Notes under the pieces: generated by a model
Told to the model about the DNA's origin: nothing
The model's input: the letters and a program-made list of their open reading frames with translations, nothing else
Databases searched by the model: none
Shown: positions 20,272-29,858 of the stretch, in pieces
Position numbering within the stretch: position 1 is the first letter of the stretch
How the letters are laid out: every line of letters begins with the position of its first letter
From: a virus
Taxonomy: Duplodnaviria; Caudoviricetes
Strand: one strand, 5' to 3'
IMG/VR virus record: IMGVR_UViG_3300050821_003742
Coordinates: 36-64,035 of that record
DNA: 64,000 nucleotides
Translations under genes and position numbers: made by a program

Positions 20272-21932
20272 TGGCTACTAGCGGTGGTGGATTCGCAGCT
20301 TCGGGACTACTGCAAGGGTTTGCACAGGCGTATAACTCTGCCTATCAACGACGAACTCAGCAGGATCTTGAACAGCGTCATCAGCTTGCTGGTGCCCTTG
20401 CTACGATGTATCCCAATGCAAGGCCGGAAGCGCAACAGGATATAGCCCAGAGGCTATTATCTATTTACTCTACGCCAATAGGTAAGAAACTAGACAAGAA
20501 ACTTGGGGATGTATCTACGCTTGGACAGGGTGCGATGCAACAACAGGCCCAGGCTGGACAAGCTGGGGCTGCGCAGAGTCAAGCGGGATTGCAGCAAGGC
20601 ATGACGGCTCCGCCAGTAGCACCACCACCGGGAGTCGAACCGCAAGTACAGCCAACACCGCAAGGTGCCATACCGCAGCAAGCTCCGGCGATACCTGCGC
20701 CTCCGCCGTATAGCCCGTTTCTATCACCACAGGAGAAGAATCAACAAGAAGCAGCCCGTATCACCGCACAAACCGAAGCACAAACTACTGCTCAGGTTCA
20801 ATCTCATTTACAAGCTTACGATCAGTGGAGGGCTACGCATCCTACGGGTACGATGCAAGAGTTCTTGGCTGCTTCTGGTCGCAGTCTTGGCGTAGGTGCA
20901 TTGACGCCAAGGGTTTTGGGACACAACATTGCTGGAAAAGATTTACTGGATGCTCATCCGGATATTACAACCATTGGTGGAGAGCAACTGGACCCTGCTA
21001 AATACTACGATTTATCTTCTGTTGGCGGTCAGCCAGTGGCGGTACCTGCAGGCTTAGGTGCCCAAGTAGCACTATCTAACATTGCCGGAACGCCGTTCAA
21101 GTCTTTCGTTCAGCAAAAGATGTCTGAGGGTATGACCAGGGAAGAAGCTAATACCCTGTGGAATACCACGCAATCTACGCAGCATGGATTTAAGTCTGAG
21201 CCTCAGCCTGACGGTACTATCAAGATGGTTCCGGTTACCACTACTACTACCAAGACAAAGGGTAGCGGTATTCCTGCCCCTCCCAGTGCTAGCGGTGGAA
21301 CTTCGGCTGCTGGTCCCGGTGCCGGTACTCCTGGCCGTACAGTTGGCGGTAAAATTCCACCCGAGGTAGTCAAGGCTCAATCTACTTATCTACAGTCCAT
21401 TGAACGTTATAACGTAATGAGTTCCGCGTTGCCCAAGGCCCTTGCTGGCGACCAACAGGCAATGATTAACCTGTTGTATAACCATATTGGTATGACGGTT
21501 GGACTGCAGAAGGGCGCTAGAATCACACGAGATATTATTAGTGAAGCACAGACTTCTGCTCCGTGGATGGCTACGTTACTTGCACGCATTGGTGTCGGTA
21601 ATGAGTTTACGATGACACCAGATGCCTTGCGCGGCGTGGTCATTCCCCCTGAGACAATGCACAACATGATTGGATTAGCCGAGGACCGTGTTAGCGAAGA
21701 CTACAATCAATTGAACGCACAGAAGCAAGCCTATGCGACTGGACAGATACAGACACCAGAGCAAGTTAAAGCTGGTGGACAACAAAGACAAAGTGGTAAG
21801 CCGCTTAGTCAGACCGCTCCTCCCAAACAATCTGGTCCTCCATCTGGAGCTACGCACATTGGTACGTCCAAAAAAGATGGCAAGGACCATTATCTTGATG
21901 CTAGTGGCAAGGATCTTGGTGTGGTGCAATAG
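20271..21932 (+). CDS. Putative DNA ejection / internal virion protein
   Basis: GLLQGFAQAY N-terminus, Q/P-rich; synteny. Confidence 0.55.
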   Translation: MATSGGGFAASGLLQGFAQAYNSAYQRRTQQDLEQRHQLAGALATMYPNARPEAQQDIAQRLLSIYSTPIGKKLDKKLGDVSTLGQGAMQQQAQAGQAGAAQSQAGLQQGMTAPPVAPPPGVEPQVQPTPQGAIPQQAPAIPAPPPYSPFLSPQEKNQQEAARITAQTEAQTTAQVQSHLQAYDQWRATHPTGTMQEFLAASGRSLGVGALTPRVLGHNIAGKDLLDAHPDITTIGGEQLDPAKYYDLSSVGGQPVAVPAGLGAQVALSNIAGTPFKSFVQQKMSEGMTREEANTLWNTTQSTQHGFKSEPQPDGTIKMVPVTTTTTKTKGSGIPAPPSASGGTSAAGPGAGTPGRTVGGKIPPEVVKAQSTYLQSIERYNVMSSALPKALAGDQQAMINLLYNHIGMTVGLQKGARITRDIISEAQTSAPWMATLLARIGVGNEFTMTPDALRGVVIPPETMHNMIGLAEDRVSEDYNQLNAQKQAYATGQIQTPEQVKAGGQQRQSGKPLSQTAPPKQSGPPSGATHIGTSKKDGKDHYLDASGKDLGVVQ

Positions 21933-21935
21933 ACC

Positions 21936-23132
21936 ATGCCCCAAGGCACACAGGAATTTACCAACATAAGACCCATAAACGGTCCTGCTCCTACCGGCGA
22001 ATTTACCAATGTACGTCCCATAAGTTCCAGTGAATCACAACAAGTATCTTCTGGGTTACCAGGTATTCCCACTCCACCATTGCCACAGGGTCTGCAGAAT
22101 AATCAAACAGAACGTACATATATGCAATCTGGCGTAGCCGGTGTTCCAATTCCTATAGATGTACCAAAGGGATATGCAAAGCCAATGCAGGATGTACAAT
22201 CCCATGCTATTAATGCGGGAGTGTTAGCAGGAAGTGCCATAGATGCACCGTTGGCCACGGCATCCAGCTTGGCTACTGGCTATGCCACTGGTAAGGGAAC
22301 CAAGTATGCAGCCGGTAAGCTTGGCGCCGGTCCCGAGGGACAAAGGGCAGCAGAAATTGGCGGTAATATTGTTGGCGGTGGTGTAGGGGCCTTTGTTCCG
22401 GGATTAGTTAGGGGAGGTATTCAGGGCCTTGCTTATGGTGCCAACGGAGAACTAACCCCCGAGGCACAGTTACTGTTCCGACATCCACCAGAAGCTATAT
22501 TCAAACATTTGGTTCCTTCTCCGGGAGCTGAACCTATACCGGAACCTCCCATGGCCATGCCTAAACCCGGTCCCTTTGAAGGCGCCACTTCAACTTCTAC
22601 TCCGGTTGGTAACGCCAAGCTACCTGCACCTTCCACTACTTCCACTACATCAACTGGCAGTGTCGGTGTAAAGGCCACTCCACCACCATCGGTTCAGTAC
22701 GTACAAAAGTTCGGAGCACCAGAGAAAGGTATCATTGTTGATCCCAATGCACCTCCTCCGCCAATTAACAAGACTCTGGTAAGTTACGACGGCAAACAAC
22801 TTCTTGAGATGGCAAAGAAGGGTGACCTTGATGCCCTCAATGAGCTGATAAGGAATCCTCGCGGAATCAATCTGCGCGAGGCACTACCCAATGCTAAGTT
22901 CCTTATGGAACCTGGACGATCAACCCGTATTTATGGTGGTCCCGGCTCAGCCAAGGCATTGCTTCCGGCTGTAGGCATTGTCGGCGCCGAGTTTAATAAG
23001 CTAGGACTAGCTGACCCTGTTAATCCGAGACAGCAAACCACGCTTGAGACCATGATGAATGGACCAAGGTGGAAAGACTTCGACCGCTCAGAAAAAATTG
23101 AAGCAGTTAGAGATATACTAGGTCGTAAATAG
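21936..23132 (+). CDS. Putative DNA ejection / internal virion protein
   Basis: Duplicated EFTN(I/V)RPI N-terminal motif, Gly-rich membrane-like segments; last structural gene before the lysis genes. Confidence 0.5.
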   Translation: MPQGTQEFTNIRPINGPAPTGEFTNVRPISSSESQQVSSGLPGIPTPPLPQGLQNNQTERTYMQSGVAGVPIPIDVPKGYAKPMQDVQSHAINAGVLAGSAIDAPLATASSLATGYATGKGTKYAAGKLGAGPEGQRAAEIGGNIVGGGVGAFVPGLVRGGIQGLAYGANGELTPEAQLLFRHPPEAIFKHLVPSPGAEPIPEPPMAMPKPGPFEGATSTSTPVGNAKLPAPSTTSTTSTGSVGVKATPPPSVQYVQKFGAPEKGIIVDPNAPPPPINKTLVSYDGKQLLEMAKKGDLDALNELIRNPRGINLREALPNAKFLMEPGRSTRIYGGPGSAKALLPAVGIVGAEFNKLGLADPVNPRQQTTLETMMNGPRWKDFDRSEKIEAVRDILGRK

Positions 23133-23143
23133 AGGAGATAGTA

Positions 23144-23416
23144 ATGGGTACATGGGAACAATGGTTAAACGGAGTTATCGGAGCATTTATCGGGGCAGCG
23201 TCTAATGCCATTACCCTCCTGATTATTGACCCGTTAAAGTTTTCACCGACGCAGGCCGGTGGGTGGAAGAACCTGGGAGCTTCCCTACTTATCAGTGGCG
23301 GCGTAGGGGCAGCCCTGTATTTAAAGAATCACCCCACACCATTCGATGAAACCACAAAGGTAACGACTACCGTATTAACAGAGACACATTTACCCACGAA
23401 AGATTCCAAACCATGA
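23144..23416 (+). CDS. Putative holin
   Basis: 90 aa, two hydrophobic helices, strong RBS AGAGGAG. Confidence 0.55.
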   Translation: MGTWEQWLNGVIGAFIGAASNAITLLIIDPLKFSPTQAGGWKNLGASLLISGGVGAALYLKNHPTPFDETTKVTTTVLTETHLPTKDSKP

Positions 23417-23518
23417 GTTATTGTCTGGAAGCCATGTTTTCAGCCTTCGTCCTCGGGCTCGCCTCAAGGAATTTGATGCTTTATGCTGTACTATTGTGGA
23501 GAGTATGGAGAGAAAGCA

Positions 23519-23731
23519 ATGCCAACCGGCCCGGGCCTCATGGAAAACATACACAATATAGTTGATGCACTGGCTCTATTTGCCGTGGGGTTATCAACCA
23601 TTATAGGGTATAAAGTACACTCTATTCTGTTCAACATGAAGCTGATGGAGCGCATCGCCATGCTTGAAGGTGCCGCCAGGGATCATGAACGGGACCTTGA
23701 TAAATTAAGCAAAAAAGTGTTTGGGGTATAG
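23519..23731 (+). CDS. Small membrane protein with C-terminal coiled coil (lysis accessory?)
   Basis: TM ALALFAVGLSTIIGY then ERIAMLEG heptads. Confidence 0.4.
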   Translation: MPTGPGLMENIHNIVDALALFAVGLSTIIGYKVHSILFNMKLMERIAMLEGAARDHERDLDKLSKKVFGV

Positions 23732-23786
23732 GATTTTTGCTGCATTTTCGTGCAACTTGTGGTAGTGTGTTTACACTGGAGAGGTT

Positions 23787-24212
23787 ATGATCGGGAAAGA
23801 GAAACTAAGAAAAACGTTATTTGACTATGTAAAGGCTGACCTTGACCAGCGTGATAAGTTGGGTTTTAGTATCCACGGCAAGGACCTGTTTCATACTAAC
23901 AAGAATGACTTCATCAAGGAGGCATATGAGGAGGCTCTAGACCTCGCCATATACCTTCGTGGTGTGCTGCAAAGACAAAGAGACTCCAGAATGGCATGCA
24001 TGAACAGGTACAGAAAAACTCCCAAGGCAAAGATTACCTCGCATCGTTACAACACTAGCGATAAGGGAAAGGCAGCAGTGAAGCGTTATACCAATACCCC
24101 CAAGGGCCAAGTGTCCAAGAAAAGGTACTGGAGATCTCCCAAAAGGGTTGAGAGGGCCAAGTGGCAAATGAAAAGCTATCGGACTCGAAACATGATAAAA
24201 GCGCTATTGTAG
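23787..24212 (+). CDS. MazG-like/all-alpha NTP pyrophosphohydrolase-like domain plus basic RY..T.KGK repeats
   Basis: FIKEAYEEALDLAIYL motif; four ~14-aa basic repeats. Confidence 0.5.
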   Translation: MIGKEKLRKTLFDYVKADLDQRDKLGFSIHGKDLFHTNKNDFIKEAYEEALDLAIYLRGVLQRQRDSRMACMNRYRKTPKAKITSHRYNTSDKGKAAVKRYTNTPKGQVSKKRYWRSPKRVERAKWQMKSYRTRNMIKALL

Positions 24213-25057
24213 AGGCTAAGGCGCATCAATTTGTACGCCGGTTAGGGATAGAGCCTCGTGACTTTAAGCTGTATACCGGGATGAACCATGGGCACCAGGA
24301 GAAGTATGTCACAGCTCGCTTCACGGATGCCCAAGTTAAGAAGTGGGGCTTCTTGGAAGTCCTTCACATCACAGATGTACAGTTTGGACATGTTTGTTGC
24401 TCGCAGACAAGGGTAAAGGAATTTAACGATTGGGTGTTGGCTGAACCCAATCGTTTTGTTGTTTTTGGCGGAGATATGATCGATGCAGCTAACATATTTA
24501 GCCCTGGACAGCCGTGGGAGAACGTATTTGAGTCGCAGTCTCAGGTATTCCAGTTCTGCCAAATCTATGCTCCCATTGCCCACCGCGTTTTAGGCTATGT
24601 CGGCGGCAACCATGAGCGCCGGGGTCTAAAAACTTTTGGTGACATTGGTATATTACTAAGTAAGCTATTGCAGATACCGTATAGCTCTGGGCAACAGTTC
24701 GTGGATATCCATTTCGGCAAATGGAATCCTTTTAAAGTAGATCTGTGGCATGGTAAAGGTGCGGCACAGACTGCGGGTGCCAAAATGAATATGCTACATG
24801 CAGCCATGATAGCGTCAGATGCCAACCTGGTACTAGTAGGTCATCTGCACGATGCGTTCAGCAAGTTCAGATGGATGAGGAACCGGGATGCCAACAACTT
24901 GAAAGTAAAGTTCGTTAAGCAGGGTGGCGCTATGAGTTCCTCCTTCTTGGAGTATATCGGTAGCTATGCCGAGATCATGAATATGTCCATGAGCGATTGC
25001 ATGATGGCATGCGCCAGAATTGAGCCTTCGGGGCACTGGCAACTAAATTTGAGGTGA
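24161..25057 (+). CDS. Calcineurin-like metallophosphoesterase
   Basis: ITDVQFG, GGDMID, GGNHE, WHG and GHLH motifs. Confidence 0.85.
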   Translation: MANEKLSDSKHDKSAIVEAKAHQFVRRLGIEPRDFKLYTGMNHGHQEKYVTARFTDAQVKKWGFLEVLHITDVQFGHVCCSQTRVKEFNDWVLAEPNRFVVFGGDMIDAANIFSPGQPWENVFESQSQVFQFCQIYAPIAHRVLGYVGGNHERRGLKTFGDIGILLSKLLQIPYSSGQQFVDIHFGKWNPFKVDLWHGKGAAQTAGAKMNMLHAAMIASDANLVLVGHLHDAFSKFRWMRNRDANNLKVKFVKQGGAMSSSFLEYIGSYAEIMNMSMSDCMMACARIEPSGHWQLNLR

Positions 25058-25164
25058 TGATGAGATTATTGTGCTTTATTATATTTCACCGATGGACATA
25101 TCTCGGATTAGGATATTGGCGATGTCAAAGGTGCGCCAAGGAGGAATATAGATGGAGATGGTAG
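25057..25164 (+). CDS. Small Zn-binding protein (LLC...H.W...CxxC)
   Basis: 35-aa ORF read by eye, coupled to the upstream TGA. Confidence 0.4.
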   Translation: MMRLLCFIIFHRWTYLGLGYWRCQRCAKEEYRWRW

Positions 25165-25523
25165 TCAAGAGAGCACTTCGAATTGGCTTAGCCCTTCCCG
25201 GTGAGATGTTTGTAGACGATACCCATGTTTGCTATACCCTTGAAAACGCCGACGAAGCCATTCCTGCGGGCCGCTATCAAGTCACCATGTATCCCTCGCC
25301 CCGATTCGAACAGATGATGCCCATGCTCAACGATGTTCCGGGACGTAGCAACATAGAGATCCACTGGGGATCGTTTCCGAAGAACTACGAAGGTTGTATT
25401 GGCGTAGGAGAGCTTCAGGACTATACCGGGGCTATATTCAATACTCGTAAGATGTGGCAGAGTCTAGTATTGCCCATTGAAGCTGCCGTTGCCGCTGAAG
25501 GCTGTTGGATCACCATTGGTTGA
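25152..25523 (+). CDS. DUF5675-type L,D-transpeptidase-like protein (candidate endolysin)
   Basis: CYTLE..AIPAGRY..VPGRSNIEIHWG...EGCIGVG motif. Confidence 0.75.
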   Translation: MEMVVKRALRIGLALPGEMFVDDTHVCYTLENADEAIPAGRYQVTMYPSPRFEQMMPMLNDVPGRSNIEIHWGSFPKNYEGCIGVGELQDYTGAIFNTRKMWQSLVLPIEAAVAAEGCWITIG

Positions 25524-25548
25524 CAATTAGCTAATACTGATGTATGGT
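25520..25548 (+). promoter_or_regulatory. Sigma70-type promoter
   Basis: TTGACA-17 nt-TATGGT. Confidence 0.6.
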
Positions 25549-25553
25549 TAATT

Positions 25554-25617
25554 AATCTACAGCGACACAGAGCACACCTCTTTCCCACGGCCCGTAGCCT
25601 CCACTGCGGGCCTTTTT
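25554..25617 (+). ncRNA. Candidate ~60-nt small RNA with anti-SD loop
   Basis: Between a consensus promoter and an intrinsic terminator, no ORF; CACCUCUUUCCC tract and CCUCCA loop. Confidence 0.4.
25589..25617 (+). terminator. Rho-independent terminator ending the rightward arm
   Basis: GGCCCGTAG-CCTCCA-CTGCGGGCC-TTTTT at the strand convergence point. Confidence 0.8.
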
Positions 25618-25623
25618 AAATGG

Positions 25624-25650
25624 AAACGGGCCTCGCGCCCGAAGCCCGTA
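25624..25650 (-). terminator. Probable terminator of the leftward arm
   Basis: ACGGGC..GCCCGT stem followed by TTT on the minus strand, just after the last leftward ORF. Confidence 0.5.
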
Positions 25651-25680
25651 ACCCTTCTCCTTCTCCGTTATTTACAAAGG

Positions 25681-25854
25681 CTAAGCTGAATAGGCAGCGA
25701 GGAAGCATACCGCAGGGAGGGGTCCTAAGATGTGCGAAACCCCAACCGTGTCGGTCCAGACTGTTGTCACATTACCTGTATTTGGATCAACGGCCATAAC
25801 CGTCATCAAGGCGCCTTTACTATTAAGAATCACTACGTCGCCAATTTTAAACAT
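25681..25854 (-). CDS. DUF2158/YodC-like small protein
   Basis: MFKIGDVVILNSKGALMTV, 57 aa, read by eye (not in the ORF track). Confidence 0.65.
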   Translation of the reverse strand: MFKIGDVVILNSKGALMTVMAVDPNTGNVTTVWTDTVGVSHILGPLPAVCFLAAYSA

Positions 25855-26862
25855 TTAACTTCCTCCAAGAAATTGTTGCCACAAAACGAAGCTATCGATA
25901 TTGCGTTTTGTCAGCGAGTCTCTTCCTTCACTTACTGCCTTATTTCTGTGATGCAGCAATCTCTCGGCTACTCGCATAACGCTAAAAACATCATCTGCTT
26001 TAGCTACCCAGTCCCCTGGTACCCATGTAATGGCGTTTGAGGTAACCGAAGGAACACCTTGGCTAATACCATCGGCAGTTACCATGTTGAATGATTCCGT
26101 ATACGACATTTGGAACAAAAGATCCATTTCTCGGATGCTTTGCTTGAATTCCATCCAGTTGGACCAGTTACGCTCGATGAGCTCAATTCCGGGAACTTGA
26201 CCCATCATCTGCCTTATGGCATTCAGAATGGTTCCACCGCCGCCATCTTCCCTGCCAGTGCTAACGTGAAATTGCACTGGCTTACCCAAGAACCTGGCTA
26301 CCAACATTGCTGAGGCCGCAGAGGTCATTACGTTTTTCTGGGGCCTAATAGCTCCGAATGATCCGATCTTGATAATAGATTCCATTGGCTTACCAGGAAC
26401 AGGTTCGCCAACCTCGTATAGATTTGGCAATGCCAGTGCCGGTGTGTCGTATACATCGCTGAACCATCTGGCGAATATCAGGGAATTTCCGCCAATGAAA
26501 AGATTGGGAACCTCTTTGGATATCAGTGCATATTTACGAAGCAGTTGCAGGGCTCCTCCATCTGCCTGAAGAAATCCAATGTTTGAGTGAGATATGATGG
26601 CAAACTTTACATCCTTGAAGTGTCGCACCATCGTATCTACGTCCAGGGCGCTCAGCCAAGGAGCAGAAATGATTACGTGCGTGAATCCGTATTTACGAAT
26701 AGCCTCCACTATGTCGATGTTGTTCTTTGCCGCAACAACTACGGCATCATATCCACCATAGAGAATCAGATATTCGGCATTCTTCAGGGCTGCTACGCCA
26801 AGGCCAATGTGACTTATTCCGGCATGCGCGGCGAAGTTCTTGTAAAACAACCCTATTTTCAT
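25855..26862 (-). CDS. GT-B fold (GT4-like) glycosyltransferase
   Basis: FGAIRPQKN and DLLFQMSYTESFNMVTADGISQGVP (E-x7-D/E) motifs. Confidence 0.8.
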   Translation of the reverse strand: MKIGLFYKNFAAHAGISHIGLGVAALKNAEYLILYGGYDAVVVAAKNNIDIVEAIRKYGFTHVIISAPWLSALDVDTMVRHFKDVKFAIISHSNIGFLQADGGALQLLRKYALISKEVPNLFIGGNSLIFARWFSDVYDTPALALPNLYEVGEPVPGKPMESIIKIGSFGAIRPQKNVMTSAASAMLVARFLGKPVQFHVSTGREDGGGGTILNAIRQMMGQVPGIELIERNWSNWMEFKQSIREMDLLFQMSYTESFNMVTADGISQGVPSVTSNAITWVPGDWVAKADDVFSVMRVAERLLHHRNKAVSEGRDSLTKRNIDSFVLWQQFLGGS

Positions 26863-26900
26863 TTTCCGTTGACCCTCCGAATTCTATTCTAACATCGTTG

Positions 26901-27113
26901 TCAACGGCTTCGTAGAAGGAGTGTGCGAATCTTTTCTGCTGGAACCGAAAAAGAAATTAAAACTTCGTCGCCTTCGAGCGAAATGGTAATGGTGGTTTCT
27001 TTTTCTTCTTCAACAACTTTCATTCCAGATTGAATATTGAGAACGTGGGGCCGGGTGTGTACTTGGCTTTCGCCTTTTCTCTCGCCCTTTTCAGCTTCCG
27101 CCATAGGCCCCAT
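26901..27113 (-). CDS. Hypothetical protein
   Basis: ATG with RBS AAGGAG; in operon. Confidence 0.45.
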   Translation of the reverse strand: MGPMAEAEKGERKGESQVHTRPHVLNIQSGMKVVEEEKETTITISLEGDEVLISFSVPAEKIRTLLLRSR

Positions 27114-27138
27114 GTCTCCTTCGTTGTGGGTATTTCGC

Positions 27139-27972
27139 TTAAGACCATTTTCCAAGGTGTTGTATCACCGCATCGCTTACCACGTTAGGATCTGCAGCCA
27201 TGGCGTAACTCATGTAGAAATCGCCGGACTTACCCCAGTCTTTTCCCCAGGAGTTTCGAATCAGGAAGCTGCCGCCGTGGACGCCATCGTCATAACCGTA
27301 CGCCAGAACCTCGTGGTAACCTAAAATCTTTCCGGCTGCGTACCAAATGCCATCGCTGCCGATGCCTTCGAATCCTTCATCCACCGCAAAGCCCATACGG
27401 AAGTTATATCCCGTAGCAATAATGGACTTCATGTCATCTACGTTTTTGGCGAAGTGGAATTGTCCGGTGATCCACTTGGTTGCTTCGGCGAGCTGCCCCG
27501 GGAGAGGCGCCGTTGAATAATCTGCATCGTTATAGGGCATGTCCGCCCGAGTAGCGCATCCAAAATGGTTAAGTACTTTGCAAGAACTTCGTCCGGTAGA
27601 TCCGACATCTCCGAGGCCTTCAATGAATGGTCCTCCTGTCCAGCCTGCATCGATTTGCCTTTCAAGGAAATATAGGAAAGAAGGGCTATACATACCTCCC
27701 TTAGGAGGTGCCACAGTACCACCAAGACGTGCTATCTGCTGCCAGTGTAGGAATTCTCTATCTTCTACCGCAGCATGCGCCGTACAGGCTCCCTGATTAC
27801 CCTGATTCAGAATATCGGGCATAAAGATGGCATTGTTCATGGAGGTACGTTGCGGCGTAGCCAGTAAAGGAACACGTCCCAATCCAAGGTCCCGATGGTC
27901 AGGAGGATTAGGCTTATAACCGAGGGGGAAGCCCGAAGCTCCCCCGATTCTCGGTAGGGGCATTGCTGTCAT
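27139..27972 (-). CDS. Papain-family (C1) cysteine peptidase
   Basis: NQGNQGAC (Gln/Cys), HEVLAYGY (His), IRNSWG.DWG..G (Asn). Confidence 0.9.
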   Translation of the reverse strand: MTAMPLPRIGGASGFPLGYKPNPPDHRDLGLGRVPLLATPQRTSMNNAIFMPDILNQGNQGACTAHAAVEDREFLHWQQIARLGGTVAPPKGGMYSPSFLYFLERQIDAGWTGGPFIEGLGDVGSTGRSSCKVLNHFGCATRADMPYNDADYSTAPLPGQLAEATKWITGQFHFAKNVDDMKSIIATGYNFRMGFAVDEGFEGIGSDGIWYAAGKILGYHEVLAYGYDDGVHGGSFLIRNSWGKDWGKSGDFYMSYAMAADPNVVSDAVIQHLGKWS

Positions 27973-28580
27973 TACTTAACCACATCCAGTGTTAGGACGT
28001 GAACTAGCTTACCGTGTTCCGGCAACTTATTAGCCTTGGCAAAGGCATCAACTGCGGCGTTGCCGCTAGGCTTGGTCAAGGCGATGTTGTAAGCCGATAC
28101 CAAGGCTCCTACATCGATCTTGGCAACCTTAGCTGGCACAGAGGCCTTCAAGGCAGCCGGAGACGCACAGGATGGAATAAGACCTACGATTACGATTACG
28201 AAAGCGTCGGCGGCTGCAAAGATAGCTGCAAGATTGCTGTTGGCTGACCCTACGGATTGAACTAATACCAGTACCGTAGCAGCATCATCGTTCAACAGAT
28301 TGGCGGCGGCCTGGACTTCTTGGCATGTAGTGGGAGTGGGACCGGTGCCATTGGCGAAGTCTGTTGCAAGTTTCTTTAGCGCGGCAGCATCGGTCGTAAT
28401 CTTGTCTTCAAGAACTTGGTTCACTGGCTTATTTTGCGACAGAGCAACGATGGTAATTACGTTGTTTAGCGCTGGAGCCGCAGCGGCAACAAGCCTATCG
28501 AGAGTAGCCACCCAGGATACGGAACAACCCTGCAGTACGAGGGTGTAACAGATTAGAATTGCGAGAAGTCCTTTTTTCAC
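27972..28580 (-). CDS. Lipoprotein, alpha-helical
   Basis: MKKGLLAILICYTLVLQG|C lipobox-like signal. Confidence 0.65.
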   Translation of the reverse strand: MKKGLLAILICYTLVLQGCSVSWVATLDRLVAAAAPALNNVITIVALSQNKPVNQVLEDKITTDAAALKKLATDFANGTGPTPTTCQEVQAAANLLNDDAATVLVLVQSVGSANSNLAAIFAAADAFVIVIVGLIPSCASPAALKASVPAKVAKIDVGALVSAYNIALTKPSGNAAVDAFAKANKLPEHGKLVHVLTLDVVK

Positions 28581-28774
28581 TTAGATTCTCCTTCCGAATT
28601 AGATTTTACATCTGTTGTGTTGCTGGGAACAACTACTTTCCCGTGTTCACCCTTCTGGTTGGGCTGAATATGATCTACGAAGAAATTGGTAGTTGCGTAG
28701 AATGCGCGGTGAATAACACTTCTAATCGCCGCAAATGGATTGAACAACAAAGCTGCTAATACAATTGTTTTCAT
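28577..28774 (-). CDS. Small hypothetical protein, hydrophobic N-terminus
   Basis: MKTIVLAALLFNPFAA, RBS AGGAG. Confidence 0.45.
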   Translation of the reverse strand: MKTIVLAALLFNPFAAIRSVIHRAFYATTNFFVDHIQPNQKGEHGKVVVPSNTTDVKSNSEGESK

Positions 28775-29103
28775 AGTTTCTCCTGCGGATCGTCTGGCGT
28801 GGACTGACGCACAAATATTGCACCTTTGTCGTCTGGGCCACATTGATTAGCGTTCCATTGAACGTAATCACCCATACTCTTGCCGGTGCCGTCAGGTAGC
28901 GTCCAGCTGCGTCCGGCACGGTAGTCCACCACACCCGCGTAGACGGCGTCGGCCAGGTCCTCGCCCATCCAATACCCCGGGCAGTCCGTCGGCAGCGATC
29001 CCTCAAACCCTCCGCACACGGTGCAGGCGTAAAGCCCACCCTCGCAGAACATGCAGTAGGGGTTGTCGGTGCACTTGCAGATGTACTGAACGTGCTCGCT
29101 CAT
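28771..29103 (-). CDS. Cys-rich Zn-binding hypothetical protein
   Basis: CKC..CMFC..CTVC..DCPG; coupled stop/start overlaps. Confidence 0.55.
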   Translation of the reverse strand: MSEHVQYICKCTDNPYCMFCEGGLYACTVCGGFEGSLPTDCPGYWMGEDLADAVYAGVVDYRAGRSWTLPDGTGKSMGDYVQWNANQCGPDDKGAIFVRQSTPDDPQEKL

Positions 29104-29858
29104 GGCTTCACCTTCTCGGCTGGCGTGGGCGCGGAGAGCAGGGTATTGAGTTCTTCAGTGAGTCGGGCATAAAACTTATTCTTGCCATCAAGTGTTTCCA
29201 GCGCGGCAGTTCTCCTTGGCGTGGCAGTGGTTCGTCGCTTATCTACGTTCTCCCGAATCATGCGACCAATGCGGCGATGCATTTCCTCTTCGGTTTCGTC
29301 CTCGAATGGATTTGGCTCTGGCGTGGTGGTTGCTGGGGTGAGGGCGCGAATGCGCTTGGCAACCCAGATAGCGCCACAGTTTTCGGATTCCTTCGCAGCT
29401 TCCTCTAATGCGTCGAGTCTAGTCCGCTTAATGTACTCAGCCCACGATTCCCAACTGTCGTCCTCCAGCGCATCTCGCAACTCTTGGGATGGGGCGGGGT
29501 CATTCTTGCGTATATCTCGTAATCGCGCCTCACTCAATTCCCGTTGAGATAGTGGATATTTCGGCTCGGCTGGCGTGGGCGCGGAGAGCAGGGCGTCAAT
29601 CACACTTAAACACTGTCCGTGATTGTACGTCACACTGCGAATCGTGTTAATCCAATTAACCTGCTCCTCCGTCAATCGCCCCTGCGCTCGCTGAAGTTCG
29701 GCCAGGATGGGCTGGACATCGCTTTCAACATAATTTAGGCCGCTTACAGCCGTGTTGCGAACTGCTTCCATGTTGTTGCGGTCCCAGTTGTTAATAATTG
29801 CTTCAAAGTGACGGCGCAACTTCGCCACCACCGCTGCCAGTTTGTCTGTTGGAGTCAT
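29100..29858 (-). CDS. Modular hypothetical protein (LLSAPTPAE linkers)
   Basis: Shares DNA repeats with the neighbouring ORF. Confidence 0.55.
   Translation of the reverse strand: MTPTDKLAAVVAKLRRHFEAIINNWDRNNMEAVRNTAVSGLNYVESDVQPILAELQRAQGRLTEEQVNWINTIRSVTYNHGQCLSVIDALLSAPTPAEPKYPLSQRELSEARLRDIRKNDPAPSQELRDALEDDSWESWAEYIKRTRLDALEEAAKESENCGAIWVAKRIRALTPATTTPEPNPFEDETEEEMHRRIGRMIRENVDKRRTTATPRRTAALETLDGKNKFYARLTEELNTLLSAPTPAEKVKP

Noticed and set aside
478-22678. Many antisense and alternate-frame ORFs over the structural genes
   Set aside because: Shadows of G/T/A-rich long ORFs, with no RBS or recognisable motifs.
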